Source: Thermoplasmata archaeon
Lineage (GTDB): Archaea > Thermoplasmatota > SW-10-69-26 > JACQPN01 > JAJPHT01
Length of the DNA: 64,000 bases
NCBI GenBank assembly: GCA_034667685.1
Contig: JAXDQU010000050.1
Location: 1 to 64,000, forward strand
Direction of reading: 5' to 3'
The translations under genes and the position numbers were made by a program. Positions 27,777 through 37,100 of this stretch are shown piece by piece; the stretch's first letter is position 1; every line of letters starts with the position of its first letter. Under the pieces are notes generated by a model. That model did no database searches and had not been told where the DNA came from. It was given only the letters and a program-made list of their open reading frames with translations.

Positions 27777-27912
27777 GGGAATCCGTAAGGGAATCCGAGG
27801 GAAGACGGGAAGAGGGGAATCCGAGGGAAGAGGGGAAGACGGGACGGGCGACCTACTTCCTCGGCTCGTCCCGTCTTCCCTGCTTCCCGTCTTCCCCTCT
27901 TCCCGTCTTCCC
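27774..27912. repeat. Purine/pyrimidine-biased hairpin made of GGGAAGAC/GGGAAGAG/GGGAATCC units
   Basis: Left arm gggaagacgggaagagggg...gggaagacgggacgggcga; right arm tcggctcgtcccgtcttccc...cttcccgtcttccc. Confidence 0.8.
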
Positions 27913-30600
27913 TGCGGCGCGACGCCGCAGCGCCAGCGCAAGCCCCGCGACGAGGCCGAGCACGACCCACGCGCCCGGCATCGGCACCTTCTGCTTCGCC
28001 ATCGCGACCTCGACCGAAGCGTGGTTGCCGGCCTTGTCCGTCGCGAGGACGGAGACGCCGCTCCACGCCGCGGGGGGCGTGACGCTCAGCGACGCGGCGC
28101 TGGCGGAGCCGCTGCGCGCGAACGGGTAGTCCACGGGGCCGGCGTCGGTCTGGAAGCGCAGCGTGAGGCTCGCGCCCGGGTCGGCGTCCACGTGGACCTC
28201 CACGCGCCCGTCGGAGAGGCGCGCGCCCGTGGCGTTGGCGAGGCGCGGCGGCACGGTGCGCAGCGTGACGTTCCACGTCTGCGTCATGCGCTGGCCGTCG
28301 AGGCTCGTCGAGGTGATCGTGACCTTGTACGGGCCGTCCTGCGAGGGGAGCTGCACGTCGGGCGGGAAGCCCAGCGGGAAGGCGCCCTGGCCGATGTCGG
28401 CGCGCGCGCTGGCGACGCTGGCCTCGACGGCCTCGCCGAAGTGCAGCGTGCGGCCGGAGACGAAGCTCCCCTCGCCGAAGCCGAGGGGCGCCACGCCCGC
28501 GAAGGGGCGCCCGGCCACCATCCAGGTGAGGTTGTCGCCGAGCGTCTCGCGCGGCGGGTCGGCGACGTCGCGCGCCTGCACCTGGAGCGTGTAGGCGCCG
28601 GCCATGCTGGGCGTGACGTTGGCGACGTAGCGCCCGCCGCCCTGCGAAGCCATGCCGTACGCGAGACGCGCGCCGGTGGGGTCGGTGACGAGGAGCGTCA
28701 CGGGGCCCACGCCGATCGGATCGGTCACGGCGGCGCCAAGCTGGCTCGTCACGCCGAGCTTCCCGGGCGCGATGGCGCCCCACGCGATCGTGGGCGGCGC
28801 CTCGTCGAGGATGTCGAGCGTGAGCGAGGCGTTGACCTCGCGCGCGGTGCGGTTGACGAGGCTCGCGTGCAGCGTCGCGGGGAACGACGTGGCGCCCGGC
28901 GCGTCGGGGATGGTCAGGTCGAGCGCCAGCGTCTCGGACTCGCGCGGCCCGAGGCTGAAGTTCCACGCGCCGTGGAGCCAGGACGCGGGCGAGTCGAGCC
29001 ACGCGGAGACGCTCTCGGCGTCGTCGCCCTGGTTCTCGACGGTGAGGCCCTCGGGTCCCCCGCGGAAGCGCAGCGTCTCGCCGGGCGCGCCGGAGACGCG
29101 CGTGGGGGCGTCGAGCGCGAGGCGGATGTCACGGATCGTGAACGTCGTCTGCTGGCTCGCGAGCGCCGGGTCCACGCCCGCGTCGGCCGCGTCGAACGCG
29201 GCGCGCACCGCGAAGGCGCCCTGCATGCCCGCGGCCGAGAAGGAGAAGGGGAGCGTCTGGCTCGCGTTGGGCGCCAGCGCCGCGAAGGAGATCGTCTGCG
29301 ACTGGATCAGGCGCAGGTTGTCGCGCAGCTCCACCTTCACGTCGCCCGGCTGCGCGGCCACGAGGCCCGCGTTGGAGACGCGGATGCCCACGGTCACGTC
29401 GTCGCCCTCGTAGAGCGGGCTCGGGACGCGCGGCGCGTCGAGGCCCAGCGAGGGGCTCGCGGCGTCGAGGCTGAGGTTCGCGACGGGCGCGATGGGGTAG
29501 CTCGTCGCGTCCAGGAGGACGTGGTTGAGGCTGTGCGCGTCGAGCGCCACGTACGCGCCGTGGTCCGGCATCCCGTCGAGCGGCGTGACGTCGACCGCGA
29601 TCGGCTCCGACTCGCCCGCCGCGAGCGGGATCGCGAGCGTGCCGTTGATATCAGGCACGGGGCGCGAGAGGTTGGCGGGCCAGCCGGTGGCGTTCACGAA
29701 CGCGGCCGAGACGCCGGGGCTGCGCGTGAGGTTCACGAGCGCCACGTCGTCGGCGTTGCCGCCGTTGCTCAGCGTGAAGTTGACGCGCGTGGCGACGCCG
29801 GGCAGGAGCTGGAGCCGGTCGGGCCCGGCGAGCGCGAGCGCGCGGCCGATGGCGATCGCGGTGTCGTTGACGTGGAGGAGCGGCGCCTGCCCGATGGCGA
29901 CGAGCGAGGCGTTGCGCGAGGAGGCGGCGCTCAGGTTGAGGCTCAGCGTCGCGTTGGGATCGTCGGTCAGGCCGCGCACGATGACGACGCCCACGGCCGA
30001 GCCGCCCGGCGGGATCATGGGCAGCGGCGTGGGGATGCTCGCGGTCCAGGGCGCGGCGACGTCGGCGGTCACGTTGGGCGTGTCGTTGACGTTGCCCAGG
30101 TTGTGGACGAAGAAGCGCAGCGGCGCGTACCCCTCGGGGAGCACCTTGAGGCTCGAGGGCGCGTCGAAGGTGACGTTGAGCGCGGGGTCCGCGATGAAGA
30201 CGTCCTTGGTGAACGCGTCGTTCGAGGCGTTCGTGTCGCCCGTCGCGCTCGCGCGCACGACGATCGACTGGGCGCCGCGCCGCTCGGCGGTGGGCACGTA
30301 GGTCAGGTTCACGTCGTGCGGGCCCGCGCCCTGCATGACCTTCACGACGGTGTAGCCCGAGTTGCCGGGCATGTCGGTGCCCTGGACGCCCGTGCCGTCG
30401 GCGTAGGTGAACGTGACGGTGACGGTGCCCCCGGCGGTGCTGTTGACGGAGGCGTGGATCTGGCTCGTGACGCCCACGACGGGATCCGGGAGGACCTGCA
30501 CGTCCGTGACCGCGACGTCCAGGGTGGCCTGCGCGCGGGCCGGCGCGGGCGCGAGGGTGGCGGCAAGCAGCAGGGCGAGGACGAGGGGGGCGGACTTCAT
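27853..30600 (-). CDS. Cell-surface protein with CARDB/Ig-like domains and C-terminal sorting signal
   Basis: Signal peptide; DVAVTDV...ASNDA, VHNLGNVND repeats; VPMPG-TM-RRR. Confidence 0.85.
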   Translation of the reverse strand: MKSAPLVLALLLAATLAPAPARAQATLDVAVTDVQVLPDPVVGVTSQIHASVNSTAGGTVTVTFTYADGTGVQGTDMPGNSGYTVVKVMQGAGPHDVNLTYVPTAERRGAQSIVVRASATGDTNASNDAFTKDVFIADPALNVTFDAPSSLKVLPEGYAPLRFFVHNLGNVNDTPNVTADVAAPWTASIPTPLPMIPPGGSAVGVVIVRGLTDDPNATLSLNLSAASSRNASLVAIGQAPLLHVNDTAIAIGRALALAGPDRLQLLPGVATRVNFTLSNGGNADDVALVNLTRSPGVSAAFVNATGWPANLSRPVPDINGTLAIPLAAGESEPIAVDVTPLDGMPDHGAYVALDAHSLNHVLLDATSYPIAPVANLSLDAASPSLGLDAPRVPSPLYEGDDVTVGIRVSNAGLVAAQPGDVKVELRDNLRLIQSQTISFAALAPNASQTLPFSFSAAGMQGAFAVRAAFDAADAGVDPALASQQTTFTIRDIRLALDAPTRVSGAPGETLRFRGGPEGLTVENQGDDAESVSAWLDSPASWLHGAWNFSLGPRESETLALDLTIPDAPGATSFPATLHASLVNRTAREVNASLTLDILDEAPPTIAWGAIAPGKLGVTSQLGAAVTDPIGVGPVTLLVTDPTGARLAYGMASQGGGRYVANVTPSMAGAYTLQVQARDVADPPRETLGDNLTWMVAGRPFAGVAPLGFGEGSFVSGRTLHFGEAVEASVASARADIGQGAFPLGFPPDVQLPSQDGPYKVTITSTSLDGQRMTQTWNVTLRTVPPRLANATGARLSDGRVEVHVDADPGASLTLRFQTDAGPVDYPFARSGSASAASLSVTPPAAWSGVSVLATDKAGNHASVEVAMAKQKVPMPGAWVVLGLVAGLALALRRRAAGKTGRGEDGKQGRRDEPRK

Positions 30601-31058
30601 GGGGTCTCACTCCCGGCGCGCGGGGCCAGGGCCGCGACGAGGCCCGCGAGGAGCGCCGTCGCGCTGAGGAAGAGGGGGAGCAGGAGGGTGGAGGCCTCGG
30701 GCGAGGCGGGTGATAGCACCGCGGCGAGCGCGCACGCGCCCGCGGCCACGAGGGTGACGAGCGCGAGGCTGCCGCGCTTCACGGGGCTCTCCTCGAAGCC
30801 GAGGAGGAGCGAGGCGAACGCGCAGAGGCCCACCGCGGCCGGGACGAGCCACGAGCCCGCGGGCGGCACGAGCGCGAGGCCCGCGAGGAGGAGCGCGGCG
30901 CGCGGGAGCAGCATCGCGGGGCGCACGAGGAGCAGCACCGCGACGGCGGCGAGCGCGAAGCCCGCGAGCAGCGAACGGACCGAGAAGGGCGTGGCGAGGA
31001 CGGCGAGGCCGCTGCCCGCGAGCGCCAGGAGCGCGCCCACGATGCGCTCAGGTCTCAA
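30597..31058 (-). CDS. Membrane protein (about 5 TM) of the MoxR operon
   Basis: Highly hydrophobic; overlaps neighbours at both ends. Confidence 0.75.
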   Translation of the reverse strand: MRPERIVGALLALAGSGLAVLATPFSVRSLLAGFALAAVAVLLLVRPAMLLPRAALLLAGLALVPPAGSWLVPAAVGLCAFASLLLGFEESPVKRGSLALVTLVAAGACALAAVLSPASPEASTLLLPLFLSATALLAGLVAALAPRAGSETP

Positions 31059-32259
31059 GGAACGCCACCTCCAGCGGGACGCCGGGCGCCCAGTCGACGA
31101 CGGAGACGCCGCTCCTGCGCAGGTCGTCGAGCGCGGTGGCGCGCGAGCGCTTCATGATCGGGTCGTCGAGGTGCGGCTGGGCGGGCGAGACCACGCGCAG
31201 GTCGCACCCCAGCGAGCGCAGGAGGCGCACGGCCTCGGGGATGCGCTCGTCGAGCGTGGCGGAGGTCGCCAGGTACACCTTCGTCTTGGAGCGGAAGAGG
31301 CGCATGTTCTGGCGGATCGCGTCGTCGAGCGGCATCTCGCCCTCCGGCGCCTGCTTGGCCAGCTCCAGCACGAGGTCGTCCGCGCGCGGGTTGGCGGCCA
31401 TCGAGAGGCGGCGCGCCCGCGCGGCCACGGCGACGAGCTCGACGTGGTCCTTGGCGCGGTCGTGGTGCGCGAGGAGCGAGGCGGCGGCGCGGCCGGAGCG
31501 GGCGCGCGCGGAGTCGACGTCGGGCTCGGTCGCCTCCTTCTCGCGCAGGTCGACGAGCACCACGACTCGCGAGAACGTGTCGCGCGTGACCTGGTTGACG
31601 ATGACGTCGCCGCTGCGCGCGCTGGCCTTCCAGTTGATGCGGCGGATGCTATCACCGGGCTGGTAGTCGCGCAGCGCGAAGAACTCGGCGCTGTCGCCCG
31701 GGCGCGAGACCTGGTGCGCGCCCAGCGCGGGCTCCGGCGCGGCGCGCGTGGGCTGGAACTTGCCGACCTTGGTGGCGCGCGGGAGCACGAGGACGTCGAG
31801 CCTGCCCGTCTCGGGGAGGTCGGCCTTCAGCAGGCGCAGCCCGTCGGTGACGGCGATCTCCAGCGGGCCGAGCGTCTTGGGGCCCCACGTCGCGGCGTTC
31901 CAGCGGATCTCGCGGACGTGCTCCGCGCCTCCGCGCAGGTCGACGCTGAAGGACTCCGCGCCCTCGGCCGCGAGCATGCCGGGCGTGGCGCGTTCGCGGG
32001 CCTCGGCGAGGACGGAGCGGCGCGCGTGGACCTTGATGCGCAGCGTCTCCACGACGGTCTCGCCCTCGACGAGCCGCGCGCGGGCGAGCTTGCGCTCGAC
32101 CTCGACGCGCGGGCGCGGGAGCGTGGCGAAGGCCCACGCGAGGGCGAGGGTCAGCGCGGTGGCGCACGCGGCGGCCGCTGCGCTCGCGAAGACGAACGCG
32201 AGTGCCCAGAGGAGGAGCGCCAGGCCGGCGGCGAGGCGACCGCGCGTGGTCAGGATCAT
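31048..32259 (-). CDS. DUF58 domain protein
   Basis: EFFALRDYQPGDSIRRINWKASAR; N-terminal TMs; ATG 32259. Confidence 0.92.
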   Translation of the reverse strand: MILTTRGRLAAGLALLLWALAFVFASAAAAACATALTLALAWAFATLPRPRVEVERKLARARLVEGETVVETLRIKVHARRSVLAEARERATPGMLAAEGAESFSVDLRGGAEHVREIRWNAATWGPKTLGPLEIAVTDGLRLLKADLPETGRLDVLVLPRATKVGKFQPTRAAPEPALGAHQVSRPGDSAEFFALRDYQPGDSIRRINWKASARSGDVIVNQVTRDTFSRVVVLVDLREKEATEPDVDSARARSGRAAASLLAHHDRAKDHVELVAVAARARRLSMAANPRADDLVLELAKQAPEGEMPLDDAIRQNMRLFRSKTKVYLATSATLDERIPEAVRLLRSLGCDLRVVSPAQPHLDDPIMKRSRATALDDLRRSGVSVVDWAPGVPLEVAFLET

Positions 32260-33254
32260 GACGGGACCGTGAACTTGGGAACGGGGGTCTGCTCGAGGAT
32301 CTCCTGCATGATGGCCGTGCCGGTGCGCCCGCTGAAGCGCGCCTCGCCCTTCAGGATGAGGCGGTGCGCGAGCACGGGCACCGCGAGGACGCGGATGTCG
32401 TCCGCCGTGACGTAGGTGCGGCCGTGCGTGGCGGCCCACGCGCGCGCGAGCTTGAAGAGCGCCAGGCTGCCGCGCGGCGAGGAGCCGGCGTGCAGGTCGG
32501 CGTGCTTGCGCGTGCGCTCGATGATGTCCGTGATGTAGTCGTAGATCGCGGGGCTGACGTGCACCGTCTCGACGGCGCGCGCGCACTCCACGAGCACCTC
32601 GGGCGAGGCGATGGCCTTGACCTCGAAGTTGTCGCGGCCGCGGCTCGCGCGGCGCATGAGGATCTCCTTCTCCTCGGCGCGGCTGGGGTAGCCCATGCTC
32701 AGCTTCAGCATGAAGCGGTCGAGCTGCGCCTCGGGGAGCGGGTACGTGCCTTCCTGCTCGACGGGGTTCTGCGTGGCGAGCACCATGAAGGGCGCCGGCA
32801 GCCGGTGCGTCGTGCCTTCGATGGAGACCTGCTTCTCGGCCATCGCCTCCAGGAGCGCGGACTGCGTCTTGGGCGAGGCGCGATTGATCTCGTCGGCCAG
32901 CAGGAAGTTGGAGAAGATCGGGCCCGCGCGGAGGTTGAACTCGTTGCGGTTCTGGTTGTAGACGTACGTGCCGGTGATGTCGCCGGGGAGCAGGTCGGGG
33001 GTGAACTGCACGCGGCGGAAGTCGCAGCCGGCGGCCTGGCTCACGGCGCTGGCCATGACGGACTTCGCCAGGCCGGGCATGTCCTCGAAGAGGATGTGGC
33101 AGCCTTCCGTGAGGATGCCCGCCGCGACGTACTCCAGCACGGTGGACTTGCCCACGATGACCTGCTTCACCTCCTTGAGGAGGGCTTCGGTCACGCGCTG
33201 CGTCTGCAGGATGCGCGCGCGGTTGTCGAGCTGCGGTTTGGGATTGGGCTGCAT
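32256..33254 (-). CDS. moxR: MoxR family AAA+ ATPase
   Basis: HILFEDMPGLAKS, RVQFTPDLLPGDITG, DEINRASPKTQSALLEAM, ATQNPVEQEGTYPLPEAQLDRF. Confidence 0.95.
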   Translation of the reverse strand: MQPNPKPQLDNRARILQTQRVTEALLKEVKQVIVGKSTVLEYVAAGILTEGCHILFEDMPGLAKSVMASAVSQAAGCDFRRVQFTPDLLPGDITGTYVYNQNRNEFNLRAGPIFSNFLLADEINRASPKTQSALLEAMAEKQVSIEGTTHRLPAPFMVLATQNPVEQEGTYPLPEAQLDRFMLKLSMGYPSRAEEKEILMRRASRGRDNFEVKAIASPEVLVECARAVETVHVSPAIYDYITDIIERTRKHADLHAGSSPRGSLALFKLARAWAATHGRTYVTADDIRVLAVPVLAHRLILKGEARFSGRTGTAIMQEILEQTPVPKFTVPS

Positions 33255-34187
33255 TCAGGACTCTCCAAGTTCCTCTTCCACGACGAGCCGGGCGTGATAG
33301 GTAGCGTTCGTCTCGCGCATGCGCTCCAGCCAGGCGCGGGCGCGGGCGTGCGGGTCGCGGGCCTCCTGCTCCGCCGGACGGGGGCGGACGGCGACCAGCG
33401 CGAGGCCGGCGAGCAGGACGAGCGTGGCCAGGGCGATGCCCCACGCGCTGCCGCTCCCGAGCCACGCGAGCGCGTGGGCCGAGGCGAGCGCGGGGCGCGT
33501 CCAGGCGGCGGCCGGCGGCTCCAGGACGAGCACGCGCCCGGGAGGGAACGCCTGCGTCAGGGCCGCGACGAGCGAAGGGGAGGGGGCCTGGCCGCGGTCG
33601 AGCGCGACGAGGCCGACGTAGCCGCTGCCGATCTGATACTTGGCGGCGAGCACGTAGGGTCCAGCGGGCTCGCCCGTGGTAAGCCTGCCGTTGCCGTCGG
33701 TGTCGCGGAACGACTCCGCGCCCACCAACATGGCAGGCGCCCAACCGGCAGGCAACTCCAGGGCGAGCAGGCCGGCCTGGGTGAGCGGCGCGCCCTCGAA
33801 CGAGGTCGCGGCGGCCTGCCCGGCGCTGGTGTAGACGTGCCCGGGGAGCGTCTTGGGCATCTCGCCGAAGACGGGGGCGAGCGCCGCGCCATCGGGGGCC
33901 AGGATCCAGACCTGGCCGCCGCCGCGGGCGAAGTCCGCGAGCGCCTGCTCCTCGCCCGGGAGCGGGCCGGGCGGCGAGACGAGCAGGACCGCGGCGGGCG
34001 TGCCGGGGTCGAGGCGCAGCGCGGCGCTGGGCGAGCCGGCCGCGACGCTCACGGCGCGCCCCTGGTCCGCGAGCGAGGCCGCCAGCGGGTCGTCGCGCGT
34101 GGCCGCGGCGAGCGCGGCGGCGAGGTAAGCGGTAAGCAGCGCCGCGAGGGCGAGGAGCGCGATCGTGGCGATCCAGCGCGGCTTCAC
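33255..34187 (-). CDS. DUF4350-like membrane-anchored protein
   Basis: N-terminal TM, ALADFARGGGQVWIL, SFRDTDGNG, C-terminal TM; GTG 34187; operon position. Confidence 0.65.
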   Translation of the reverse strand: MKPRWIATIALLALAALLTAYLAAALAAATRDDPLAASLADQGRAVSVAAGSPSAALRLDPGTPAAVLLVSPPGPLPGEEQALADFARGGGQVWILAPDGAALAPVFGEMPKTLPGHVYTSAGQAAATSFEGAPLTQAGLLALELPAGWAPAMLVGAESFRDTDGNGRLTTGEPAGPYVLAAKYQIGSGYVGLVALDRGQAPSPSLVAALTQAFPPGRVLVLEPPAAAWTRPALASAHALAWLGSGSAWGIALATLVLLAGLALVAVRPRPAEQEARDPHARARAWLERMRETNATYHARLVVEEELGES

Positions 34188-37100
34188 GAGGCGCTCCCTC
34201 CCGCGTGCGCGTGCAGGCGCGCGGCGAGGCGGTCGAAGGCGTCCGCGGCGCGCGAGAGGTCGTCCGCGTGCACGGTGCCGGGCGCGTAGACGGCGCGGTT
34301 GAACAGCTCGACGAGGCCCTCGGCGTCCTCGCCCTGCAGCGAGGCGTCGAGGCGCGTGAGGATGACGCCGAACGTCATCGCCTCGGACGTGTCCTCGGAG
34401 AGGCCGATCATGCCCAGGAGCTTGACGTAGACCTCGTAGAGCGCCTGCACGTCGGCGTGGTTGCGGCGCAGGCGGCGCGCGGCGCTGCGGAGCGCGGCCT
34501 CGGGCGTCGGGCGGCGCAGGAGGCGCGCGGCGACGAGGATCACCGCGGCCAAGGCGAGGATGGCGAGCGCGACGAGCGTCCACGAGATGCCGCCGCCGGG
34601 CACGGGGGTCGCCTGCGCGCTGAAGGCGACGTCGGCGCCCGCGGGCGCGTCGCGGTCGTCGCCGAGGAACTCGACGCGCAGGTGGCTGCCCGGGTCGAGG
34701 CGCGGCACGGGCACGCGCGCCACGCCGTCGTCGCCCGTCTCGACGCGGATGGGGGCGAGGCCCGCGCCCACGAGCAGCACGACGCGGTGCGCGGCCGGGC
34801 CCTTGGCGTCGGAGAGCTTCACGGCCAGCTCGGTGGGCGCGCCGAAGGAGTTGCTCGGCGGCGCCACGAAGGTGAGCGTGACGGGCACGCGCAGCGCGAG
34901 GTGGCCCGACCAGGGCGCGGCGCCCACGGTGGCGCTGTGGGCGGCGATCGTGACGTCGTGGTTGCCCTCGTGGAGCGAGGTGGGGATCGGGACGCGGTCG
35001 CCGCTCGCGGCGTTGCGCGCGACGAGCGCGCCGTCGAGCGTGATATCAAAGCGCGCGTCGGGCGTCGCGTGGCCGCGCGAGTCGAGGAGCGTCGCGTCGA
35101 GCGTCAGGTCGTGGCCCAGCGCGAGCGCGTCGGGGATCCCGACCTGGAGCGCGCCCTCGTCCTTCAGCGAGAGGGGCACCTGCGCGGTGCGGTCGGCGAG
35201 GCTCGGCTCGGGCGCCACGCGGACCTGCGCGACGAAGGGGCCCAGCGGGACCGCGTCGGGCACGTCGAGCAGCACGTCGGCGCGGCCCGCCTCGTCGGTG
35301 ACGGCGGAGACGTTGACCCAGGGGAGCGCGATGCGCAGCGTGCGGCCCGGCAGCGGCTCGCCCGCGACGGTGCGCACCTGGAGCGCGAGGGCGGGGCTCG
35401 TGGCGAGCACGGTGTCGTTCTCGGCGCGCACGACCGGCGCGTCCTGGACCAGGATGGAGAGCGTCGCCTCGGCGGGGAGGTACGCGCCATCCGGCGAGCC
35501 GGCGTAGCTGACGCGCGCGGGCTGGGCGCCGAGCGAGCGCGCGGCCTCGACGTCGAGCGCGATGCCGAAGGAGCCCGTCGCGTCGGTGACGACGGACGCG
35601 GCGCTGGGCCCCCACGCGAGGCGCACGAGCACGCGCGCGAGGGGGGCGCCCTGGCCGTCCGCGAGCGAGCCGTTCACGCGCGCGCCGGCGCCGCGGATCG
35701 CCTCGCCGGCGCCCACGCGGAAGACGGGCTGCGTCGTGAGCAGGAGGCGCAGCGGCGCGTCGAGCGCGCCCGTGGACGCGCTCTGCGTCCGCAGGTGCAG
35801 CGTCGTGGCGCCCGGCGGCAGGCCGCTGATATCAAGGTGGAGCTTCACGACGCCCGCGGCGCTGGTGACGTTGCGCCCCGCGAGCTTCGCGCCCAGCCAG
35901 GCGTCCACGGGCGCGCCGGCGATCGGCTGGCCGGTGGCGTCGACGAGCGTGGCGGAGACGTCGGCGGTGGGGCCCACCGAGGCGACGAGCGCGGGGGCGA
36001 GCCAGCGCGCGCCGGTGGAGACCTGGAACGTGACCTCGGCCTGGGCGGGCTCGCGCGTGTCGTCGCCGGCGAAGCGCAGCGTGACGCCATCCTCGCCCGG
36101 CGGCGTGGAGACGGGGAGCGGGAGCGTGAGGCTGAACGCGCCGTCGGGGCCCGTCTGCGCGCGCGCGTCGGCGATGCCGGCGACGTCGATCCACGCGCCG
36201 GGGATGCCCGCGCCCAGCTGGCCGCGCAGCGTGCCCTGGACCGTGAAAGAGGCGCCGGGGTTGACCGCGCCGGGCGGCCCGAAGGCCTCCAGGGTCGCGC
36301 GCTCCGTGATCGCGAGCGTGAGGTTCGCGTCCGAGGGGAGGAGGCCCGCCGCGCCGGCGAACGCGAGGCTCAGGTTCGTGGCGCGCGGGTCGGCGCCCAC
36401 CGCATAGGGGATCAGCGCCGAGCCGTTCGTGCCGGTCGTGTAGTTCGCGCCGTTGAACGCGATGGGCTGATGCGCGAGCGGGCGGCCCAGCGTGTCGGTG
36501 AGCGTGGCGTTGAGCGTCACGGTCGCCTGGATCAGCGCGCGCGCGGGCGCCTTCACGTGGAGCGCGGTGGGGAGGACGAGCGTGGCGTTCTGCGCGTCGC
36601 TCTGGTTGCCCAGCCAGCCCACGGAGCCCGCGAGCGCGATCGCCTGGCGCGCCGGGGAGTTGGAGGACGTGTTGTACGTCCACGCGAAGAGCGGCACGGG
36701 GTTCGCGGGGTCGAAGGCGCCCAGGAAGGCCGGGTCGTTGTGCGCCACGCCCGCGCCGTCGGTCTGTCCGAAGACGGTCGCGCCCGCCGAGTCCGCAGGC
36801 GCGGGCACGGCGGAGGAAAGCGCGACGGGCATGCAGTAGTGGCCCGCGGCGTCCGAGAGCGCGGCGCCCAGGGTGACGGCGCGGCTTCCGAGCGCGAGGA
36901 GCACGGTGGCGTTGGGCGCGGGATGGTCCGCGAGCGTGACGTTGCCGCACGCCGTGACGGAGCCGTTGAGCACGACGTTCGCCGGGAGCGGGTCGAGCGT
37001 GACGTTGGCGACGAGGCGGGCCGCGAGCGGGGCCGCCTCCGGACCGTCGTAGGCCTGCGCGGCCTCCAGGCGCGCCAGCGGCGTGAGCGTGGGGTCGCGC

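Noticed and set aside
27774-27912. Possible CRISPR array or IS end
   Set aside because: Units are 8-12 bp without unique spacers; no cas or transposase gene
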